Positions 35,394 through 44,652 of a stretch of DNA of 44,652 bases are shown piece by piece. How positions within the stretch are numbered: position 1 is the stretch's first letter; the number at the start of each line of letters is the position of its first letter. The position numbers and the translations under genes were made by a program. Below the pieces are notes generated by a model that worked only from the letters and a program-made list of their open reading frames with translations, made no database searches and was not told the origin of the DNA. The stretch covers positions 1 through 44,652 of the forward strand of contig CAJVPI010000184.1 in assembly GCA_910592345.1 (NCBI GenBank), in the 5' to 3' direction. The stretch comes from Paraglomus brasilianum. Lineage: Eukaryota.

Positions 35394-38300
35394 TTCCGTA
35401 TTAAATTAACGGACGAGAGAAAGAGTTTTTTGATTTGAGTTGTCAGGGTCGAAGAAGTCGAATATACGAACAATGTTTGTAAAGCTGCAGTCAAGTTTTT
35501 CGTTCTGAACCCGGATTAATGGTTTTTCTTCACTCTTAAGAGATTTGGTATTGGCGATCAATCGGTCGTTTATGATGTTTGTTATAGTCTGACTGCTTCT
35601 TTCTTATATATATAATATATAATATATTTTAATATTTAATATTTGTTTTTTCCAATGAGGAAAAGCTTTCGGCTAGCGTTGTCTTTATATACATTTTGGA
35701 CGAGGTGATAAAATTAATCACGCAACTTTTATTTTCGTAATCCAACAGTCAGCCCACATTCCGCAAATCATCATTTCGCAAAATTATGGCGTATGATTGG
35801 ATAAAAAAGGTGGCGAGAGGATTGTTGAAATCAGACCACATTGTGTGTAACGAGAACACAGTCGAATGATGACGAAATTCCACTAAAAACTAAGCAGGGA
35901 AAATTTTGTTCTTCCATAGAATTGATCACCCGATGTTGTCTCAAGACAAAAACAGTAATATGGGCTGATGAAGTTAATCTTGTGCTAGATAAGGAGCTCA
36001 GATGATACACTCTCAGACACATCGTACTCTAGAATGACCGCGATGGTTCTCAAAGTTTAGAGTATATCAATTTTATTTATTCATATTATTCCATATTATA
36101 TGCATTCTGAGTTTGTACTTTGCGCCAACAAAGTCTTTATCATACCATTTGTCAGTACCAATGATAATGATCTGAACTCACAATATTTAGCGTCACAAAT
36201 TTGTAAAGAATAGATGATAAGCAAACTGATAGAATAAAATGACGTAGTATAGTACAACTAGGTTTGGAATCCCCAAATGTTGAGAATATAATTGGCTTGT
36301 TTCTTTTATAGACAGTTTGGAATAATTTCGTAGGATGAGTAAAGGCTCGGATTTTCGCAAATCATTTGGTTTCTCAACAAGTTTGCTTTCTTACGTACGT
36401 AACGGTGTTCAATAATATACCCTGTTATTTTGAGCCTTATTAAGATAACGTATAAGTATTCAATTCAATATAGAACAAATATACCATCATTGTTGTGTAT
36501 GGCTTCCAATCTCCACCAAAGATCACTCTTCGAAAACTGTCCGGATATCTTGAATCACTTGTTCATTATTTTCCCAAGCTTTTCGTTTAGTCAATCGTCG
36601 CTCAATGCCGTCTTCGTTTGTTTCAACTGTATCGATAAGATTGAGTTTTATGTGCAGTGTCCAAATTTCTATTTTTCTTTAAAAAAGCTGTGAACTTAAA
36701 TTTATTTTGCTTCTGATTCTTAAGGATTAGCTTTATCTATAATACCCTTTGAAGTTAAGTAAGTTCTAGCTTAGCTGATACTGGTAGTCAGTGGGTGTGG
36801 GAAAAAGTAACGATACACAGATAACGAGAATCTACTATTAATAGCGGGCAACTTATTCGCTAAAGCGGGTTAGAAAACAACTAGTAAAAGAATACAAACC
36901 AAATACGACAGAACGCGAACGAAGTACGCTTCACCAGATGGCTATATAGTTGTGAGAACTATTATGCTGAGTGTACGAGTTGCAAATTCAAGAGTAGTGA
37001 TAGAGTGTTATGTCGATAAAGGCAGACATGAAATAAACAGACACGAGATTACAATTTTCCGATCACACTTATAATTACACTACCAACCGTGGTATTATCA
37101 GAGTAGTAAACCCACTGTCAGATATGACTGCCCGTAACTATCGCGAGGAACTTATGACTGCCCGTAACAAACATAGGCGCACAGTTTGTTGCTTTGCGCC
37201 ACGCTCGAATTATAGAATCGATGACGTTCTCAAGCATTACCATGTACAGTCGAATGAATGCTTGTAATTATCGTGGAGTTATTCTCGAATGCGAATTAGC
37301 CATTAGTTCTTCAGCGTCTGCATTCATAGAATGAAGATCTGAAGTGCTGAAACAATGTTATCCGAACATGTCTTGACCCCTGTAATGGTTTCGATTAACG
37401 GAATTATGAACTTTAGAAGAATATAACTTTTCTGGCAGTAGCGAGTACTTTTCTTTATTGCTGTCGACTGGATAATAACTTTTAATGTACTACATTTCAA
37501 AATACATAGCTATTGAAATTGCTCATTAACGGAGAGCAAAAACTAATTTCAGTCTTAAGGAGAGGAAATTGTTTTCTGCTGCCACGGCGGGTTTCTTAAA
37601 TGAAACGAATGGTGCAAGCTGCTTTGGGTTGGCGGGCGCAATGTCAACAATAATAAGAAAGCTGAAAGTGGCTGATTCACGGAAAAACTTTGTCCGAATG
37701 TGATTAAATTATCTCTTGTTATAATACCACTGATGAGCACTATCTAGCCAACGATAAGTTTGATTGGACTGATGAGAGGCACGAAACCAATACATCAACA
37801 TTCCCTTATCGTTATTCTGTGTCCGTAACTAATTGTGTTGATCTTATTCGAGAACGAAGATAAAGAATTAATATCGTTATGTTCATGGATAATGTGCTAC
37901 TGCTACGTAAACAAGCACTATTACTATTACTTGCAGATTCTTCTGAAAAGTCTTCTGATGAAGCAAGTTCTGAATCAAGTGATGATGAATACGTGTCATC
38001 TATACATTATTTTGTGTTCACATTAATTTATTATTTTCGTTTTTGATAAGAACACAGTCTAATCTTGTACCAAATTTGGAAACATAGAAAAATCGAAACA
38101 GGGAACAGGAACAAACAATGGAAAAAACCTCAGGTATCAACTTGCTTTTTTAGAATTTGATTTCCTAACATGGATATTCTTTTCTGCTCAAGATACTATA
38201 TCCGCTTGATGTGTGTGCATTATCTAAAAATCAGATATCTTTCATACAATAACACAGCGTTGTCATTGTTTTGCATTGTGATAATGAATAAATAGACGGT

Positions 38301-38433
38301 TTATTTTCTTTAGAAAAATTTTAGATTTTCAAATTTTAATTACAAGGTAAATAATTTACGCTACCATCAAGTCTGAGTTCCAGTTTGTAGCAACCAACTA
38401 ATTTTATGTTATCTTTTACCGTTATAGCTTACT

Positions 38434-38791
38434 ATGAATTTCAATCAGTATAGCAAAAATTTTGATTGTCGGCATATTGACGATTTTTATAACCACAAGC
38501 GTTAAGGCACAGGACTTGTGCTTTTTGGCTATGTGCTCCACATCTCAGAACACTGTAGCAGTTGCATTTACTGAACACCCAAACGCTGCACTTCAATTTA
38601 AGGATGTGGAATGGTTCTTAAAGTTTGAGTGCCCAGGACTCGGTGATAACGTTGCTTGTGACGAGGTATACGTAGCGAACCATGGTAAATATTGGAATAA
38701 TAAGGGGTGTGAACCTTCTGGATTTACTCTCCGTCATTGGGAGTGTGACGATCTTAGTGTGTTGTCGACATGCGACAATATTGGAAATTAG
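38434..38791 (+). CDS. Small secreted Cys-rich protein candidate; start ATG 1 nt out of frame (pseudogene or sequence error)
   Basis: ISISIAKILIVGILTIFITTSVKA|QDLC.. signal-peptide-like; 93-aa mature part with 7 Cys; atgaatttca places TGA in frame; aataaa at ~38842. Confidence 0.6.
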
Positions 38792-39789
38792 TGGTTTTTG
38801 CTTTACTATGTCAATCGCCTTTTTAGCGATTTAAGTATACAAATAAAGTTTTATTTGAATTACGTTTATAAGTCTTGCTGTCGCCTTGAGTGACTGAAAT
38901 TTGATGAGAGACTAATCGACTTCTTATATTGTTCACGAAGTTGTACATATTGTTTTACATTATCTGATCGTTTATTCAATACCAATACTAATATACTTTT
39001 AAAGTATACAAGATAAAATATTGACAATAAAGCGCGTAAAATCAGTATTTTTCAACAAAATAGTGAATTGACCAAACAAATAATAATGCCTAGTCTATAT
39101 TCTTTAATATTATTCAAATTGTAAAATACACAATGCTTTTGGAAAGAACGGATCTTGGAACGCTTAATTAGTTCATAGTCTCATGCATATTAATAGCGAA
39201 AGGTTTCTTGAAGCCAGAAAATTGATACGATTTACAGACGGTAGTTCAACTCTCTAGTAACGAAAATAGTTATTGATTCTCTTGCGACAAGTTCAAAGTG
39301 TATATGGAGAGACATTAGAAATTTTTATGTAATGGCAACAAATATTGTAGATTAAAGTATAAAGATTTTTTGCAAACTCGAATCTAATTGTACATTTGAC
39401 GATAATTATGCGTTGCATTATTATGAATTATGGATGTCAAATGTTATTACAGGACTTAAATGAGCAAAGGAAAGTCGGGAAAGGATACGAGTGTGTGTGT
39501 CATTATCCAACATCTGTAAATGGATAGAATTTATGTACGTCTCAATTGCTTAGCGGTCAAGCAATTAGTATTAGCCGAACATTAAGGCATTCGCGAAGAA
39601 ATAAATCTCAGATGCTATTACTTGAGTAATATCAGAATACCACACAGCACAAAAAAAAAGTAATACTTTGAATCACTCAATGGTTTTTGGTAGTTTTTCA
39701 CAAAATTTTTATGCACTGAGTGTGCAATGTGCTTCTTAAAGCAGGGAATACCTGCGCGTAAGCGGAATGAATACTTACTCTTAATTTAT

Positions 39790-40245
39790 TTCTCTTTTGC
39801 TCTAGTGAAGTCAATTACAATGAATTGCTGGCCTTGAGATTTTTATCAATTATATCAACAGCGTTACGCCATTTTTGTATAATGCCTAACAATATCAACC
39901 AATTCATCATATGTACCAGCTCCGTTAAAGAGTACAATAATCTAGATAACTGATGTTGGAATGGAACAATTTTATTTCAATCTTTGAATATAACAACCTT
40001 CTCTCTTTCAGGAGAAAATTTATCAATATTTGGTAGTAATCGATTGGATTGTACCATTTTCGCGATACGCTTTGGACTATTCGTAAAGATTTGGTAACAA
40101 TTCCTCAAGTGTCGATATTTGGGTTCCTTAAGATGATAACACAGATCCGTTTTTTATATAGCGTAGTTCGCCTTTTTTATTAAACATGCGACATTTTGTC
40201 CCCAAGTAGAAGACTGGCAATCATACTATTTTTTCTGACTTGGTT
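39790..40245 (-). pseudogene. Decayed A32-like (FtsK-HerA) viral packaging ATPase; Polinton/Maverick-type element relic
   Basis: Collinear fragments RKNSMIASLLLGDK, KKGELRYIKN, YHLKEPKYRHLRNCYQIF, LPNIDKFSPEREKVVIFKD (Walker B-like), IVLFNGAGTYDELVDIVRHYTK, WRNAVDIIDKNLK, FIVIDFTRAKE match the recalled order of Glomeromycotina A32-like proteins. Confidence 0.7.
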
Positions 40246-41244
40246 TGTCTACTACGGGGTCAGTTGAGACCGTTGAATCTTTCTGTATTTCATTTAGCGA
40301 GCTAGTAAAGTGTTTTTGCGGTAAGTAATACTATTACTATCAAAGTTTATTTTTGGGATTAGCTCTTTTTATAGCTGTGATCGCATCTTCTGAAACCAGT
40401 TCACATTCTCTAATATTCAGTTTCCGGGTGACACGAATTTATGATGGCATTAATATTAATATTAATAGATATTTAAACCGGCTTAGTTAAAATTCGGTAT
40501 AGTCGTTATGCAGGTTTATAGACAGGTTTCACCGTCTACCACTTTCAAGATTAAACCCTTCTAAATTTGGACAAGATTTATAAATAGAATCGTCAGAGAT
40601 ATTGGACCAATTTCTTGTTACACGACATAATGTTATCTCAGAAGCCAACTAATACCCTTTGCTACACTTTCCAATTCAACCTTCAAAAGGTTTTAATTTA
40701 AACTCCAAGTCAAGTATATTGTTGACTTAAAGGTAGCGCGTGACGAATTGTACGATGTTACCCAAGAAAAGCCATGTACAACGCAATCCAAGGCTTCAGC
40801 CACGCACAAACTTAAAAGTTTGTAGAACACCCGTCTTGCATGAAGAATATCCATATCAAAACGAAGCCTATGACTTCAATATCGAAAGATGTAGTCTTTA
40901 ATCCGACTTGGGTAAATATCATTGTTACATTCTGATCAATGCTCTCGCCTACTGTGTTGAAACTCGGAGTCAACAAGAAGTGAATATCAAGACATTTGGC
41001 CAAGCCAGTTGCTTAAGCATTGCGCCGTAATGCAGGTACGTAGAATTTTCTATTTTGGCTGCGCATCTCATACTAATCTTTTTGAACGATTCAATGATCA
41101 GTTTAGGGGGCGAAGCTGGTCAACAATAACAACAACAATTCAATGCTTGTCTTTGAGAATAAAAGATCTTGCCATCCCACCAAACACTTAAAAGCAGTCA
41201 TTAAGACTGAAGTTAGAGCGAGAAAGAATAATATCTCAACAACG

Positions 41245-42965
41245 ATGAATCGATTCAATTTAATTCTACTCATTTTGTCTGTCTTCATCATGGCGGAGCT
41301 TTTAAATGCTCAACCGGGCAACTATACCCGTCCACCAAACCCTCCGGCTATCGTCGACGAACCCTTCAATGCAACTGTCAAAACCATTCGAATCCTTGAT
41401 GGGTACGGTCTTCGTAATGTGGCATACTATGTCACTCCTGACAACAATGCTGTAGTGGAAGGCGATATTGTCTATGGCACGCTTTCAGAACTCCTTGCTG
41501 CGGCTGCAGCTGCCAACAATGATACTCAAATCAGCAAGAGAGCTCACTCCATTTTTGCTACTACTGGGACAGAGCGGCCATGGCCAGGTGCTCGCCTCCC
41601 TTACAAATATGTTGACGATGCTGCCAAGACTGCTTTGGATGCTATTGTCACGGCGGCAACTAGGAGGTGGACGAGCGTCATTTCTGGCCTCCAGTTTGTG
41701 GAGGATCCTAGTGCCACTGGAGCTTTCATTGAAATCAGCAATACAGTCGATGGTGGGTGTAATTGCAATATTGGATGGGTAAACAACCGCAAGAGTAGTA
41801 TGAATCTTGAGCCTGGTTGTAATACGGATAATGCGGCTCATGAGTTTGGTCATGCTTTAGGGTTGTGGCATGAACACCAACGCAAGGATCGTGACAGTTT
41901 TCTCCATATTTTTCCTGAGAACATTAATGGTGGACTGGATAAAGATGGTAAACCCTGTCCCGTACGAACGTCTGGATTTGTAATCACAAAGGACAGTTGT
42001 TGTAGCCGAGAATGCAACTTTGTCAAAAAAGATGATCAAGACTCTTCCGGAGCATATGATTTTAGTTCTTTGATGCATTATTTCGAAAATGCTTTTGGCC
42101 GAGTAGATGCCTCTGGCACAACCTTGACTACTCTGAGTCCGATAGATTCCAAAAACAGTATTCGTAGAGGTCCCAATCCAAGCCCGCTGGACTATAGACG
42201 CATATGTGATTTATACAGTCTTTCTTGTGTTATTTGCGGTGATGGCATACGCCAAGGCAGTGAAGAGTGTGATGATGGCAACTTGGATCCTGGCGATGGT
42301 TGTGATCGAGAGTGTCGCTCGGAAGTCTGTGGCAATTTTCGTGTTGATTTTGGTGAAGAGTGTGATGATGGACCCAGCGGTTCAAAATTTTGTGACGCAA
42401 ACTGCAAGTTACGTTGTGGTAATGGGATTGTAGACTCTCCTGACGAAGAATGTGATGATGGACCTTTTGGATCCGATACATGTGATAGTTTCTGCAAGTT
42501 CAAATGTGGAAACGGCATCGTTGACTCTCCGATTGAAGAATGTGATGACGGAAATAAACGCAATGGCGACGGATGCAGCTCCACCTGCAAGCGCGAACCT
42601 CTGTGTGTTCAGTGTAACCCCAACCCTCCTTTAAACAAATGCGATGTAACTACTAGTTGCTTTGTAACACCTGATCAAGGTGCCATGGTGAGCAGTACTT
42701 TATTTTTCTTCCTTCCTCAAGTCGTTGATTTGATTGATTCTGTTGATTGATTCCTACCTTTCTTTAGTGCGTCTGCCGTCCTGGGTTCAAGGCGGATGCT
42801 GATAATGACCAAAAGGCTATCCATTGGCGTCTAAAGCTGCCTGCAGGTAATGAACACCGCGTCTTTGTGAAACCCGGAACCCCGTGCGATAAATTGTGCG
42901 ATAATCCTTTCGCCTCAGGTGACAAAGTCTGCGAAGAAGTAACTTTAGTCAATCCATGCACATGA
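41245..42965 (+). CDS. Secreted astacin (M12A) zinc metalloprotease with Myxococcus Cys-rich (DUF4215-like) repeats and a C-terminal Cys-rich domain, ~546 aa. Exons 41245-42687, 42768-42965
   Basis: Signal MNRFNLILLILSVFIMAELLNA; propeptide VEGDI; dibasic KR site; HEFGHALGLWHEHQRKDRD; Met-turn SLMHY; 4 CG(D/N)xxxxxxEECDDG units; intron gtgagc..tttag then CVCRPGFKA..HWRL..HRVFVKPGTPCDKLCD..PCT*. Confidence 0.92.
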
Positions 42966-44349
42966 AGGCATCGACTTTGTGTATATAACATTATTCCCTA
43001 AAGATCAGATACGCTAATTATCAAAGCGTTTTCCTTTAGATTAGTACGAGCTAGCGAAGTTCCCAAGTTGTGTATCATAATTTGTTATCATGTACTTGTA
43101 ATAAAAATTTGTATTTATATGTGATGTTCACTTATTTACATAACTCGTTATTCTTAAACACCGTATGACCATCCTCTAATCTTTAAAGAACACAAGAATA
43201 TTATATCGTTTATTTTTTAATTCCTTGTTATCATCTACACTGACATTATCTTTAAATCCCCGATGCTAATATCCAGGATACATCTCTGGGCAAAATGTTA
43301 CATAGCCAAGAGTTCTAGCTATTTTCTTCGCACACCAATCACCATATAGTGCTCGACTTCAATGTTATATGGATCCGCTTGACGAATAAGAGAGTAATGC
43401 TGAGGACGAGAGAAGAAATTTTGAATTAAAGTCTGATTGGCAAGCGAGAATCGGTGGTGGTATTACGCGAACCAAGTCCCGTCAAAATTTGCATAACTTA
43501 AATGACATCCTCATGTCAACCAAGTTTTGCTTATAATTGCATATTGCTTATGGTAAACTGCAAAAGGATTGGTGCTTCATAATTTATTAAACAACACGTA
43601 ACATAAGCAGTCTTGCATTGAGCACGCGAAAAGTTATCTTTTCACGTTTAAGTAGTTGCCGAAAGCAATTTGAGTGCAATTCCTGGAGTTAAAAAAGACT
43701 TTGGTGTAATTGTTAATGGATTAGTTTGAGAAAATATGAGCGAACATTCATGCAATTAATATACATTGTTTTATTTTTCGCTTCTTTCTCATAAAGCACT
43801 CACTCGTAGAATATTATTATCCGATGATGTACCACGTTTAAACTTAAGCTGCGCAGAAATAGTATATCTGTATCGGGCGGGTTTTTGAAAGACCAGAAAT
43901 ACAATCGTTTCAAACTAACGGAATGATTAATAACAAAAAAAAAGTAATTTTTGGTCTTCGTTGAGTTTGAGCGTAATTATAGTTCATCGTAGGCTATCAG
44001 CGATTAAAATATATATATTAATCAATAGGACAACGTTATTTTAACGCAACAAAAAATTCTTTCTATGGAGAAAATTCAGTGGAATAAACATACTGTATCT
44101 CAACTAGCAAATTACTCGTTGCTGAACGGAGTTGCTATAATGCAAAGTTACACATAGCTGATAGTCCGATCACATGTCTTTGAGTCGATCTATATGAAAT
44201 CTATCATTACATATCTCTTTGTGATGACTCCAATATCACAATTAAAGGGTGGGAACTGTTGCTAGAATGCAAATAAAAATGCCAATACAAATTAAGTGAC
44301 AGTAATTTACGTTTATCATTTAAATTTGGCAACATCAAGCATCATGCAT

Positions 44350-44652
44350 CTGTCGTATGTAAATCCCGTCACTATGTAAATCCCGTTTGGGGTCCTAAAA
44401 ACCGCATTTTTATTGTGTAAATCCCGTCCAGGGTCCCCAAAACTGCATTTATACACTCCCGTACCAAAAGTCACCGACCACCCCTTACAGTAGCGGTCAT
44501 AAGTATCCGAACGGTTATATCCTGCAACTTTACATAATAATAACTGCTTACATTTTCTAAAACAAAATTTGACATATATCTGATCACATGTAAAATTTCA
44601 GCTCGAGCGAATGTCTCCAGCAAATTTTCCAAACATCGGATATTTTGCATCG
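44350..44652. mobile_element. Stacked DNA-transposon ends (truncated by window edge)
   Basis: Three tgtaaatcccgt subterminal-type repeats, then TA|CACTCCCGTACCAAAAGT (44454) and TA|CAGTAGCGGTCATAAGTATCCGAAC (44488), both Tc1/mariner-like TIR starts. Confidence 0.6.

Noticed and set aside
36500..36690. Minus-strand peptide KIEIWTLHIKLNLID..IRTVFEE, vaguely like a Crinkler N-terminus
   Set aside because: Lacks the LFLAK/LWKV and HVLV-type motifs
37123..37168. 16-bp direct repeat tatgactgcccgtaac (another 16-bp pair at 11941-11985)
   Set aside because: Two copies only; consistent with local slippage duplication
41468..42991. Overlapping ORFs within the astacin gene
   Set aside because: Alternative-frame shadows of a GC-richer CDS

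Overview
AT-rich eukaryotic DNA with short GT-AG introns. The gene content suggests an early-diverging fungus, most likely Glomeromycotina/Mucoromycota (inference from the TKL-kinase/Sel1 gene, TE types and intron style). All gene models and homologies were read by eye; no database was searched. Intact-looking genes: (1) a 6-exon helical/RING-U-box/TPR/beta-sandwich protein (3427-6583 +, longer than the ORF track shows); (2) a 2-TM protein with tandem repeats (9101-9736 +), with a frameshifted paralog at 12463-12905; (3) a 4-exon TKL-type kinase with a catalytic HRD->HKN change fused to ~34 Sel1 repeats (22221-27200 -); (4) an NDUFA4/MLRQ-like small membrane protein (35196-35393 -); (5) a small Cys-rich secreted candidate with a broken start (38434-38791 +); (6) a secreted astacin metalloprotease with Myxococcus-type Cys-rich repeats (41245-42965 +). 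The intergenic DNA is rich in decayed elements. Several minus-strand relics appear to come from a Helitron family encoding Rep, PIF1 and its own intron-containing OB-fold gene, with hairpin+CTAG 3' ends. There are also pogo/Tc1 elements and MITEs, a partial copy of the kinase gene next to Helitron sequence, a second kinase pseudogene, and a decayed A32-type viral packaging ATPase.
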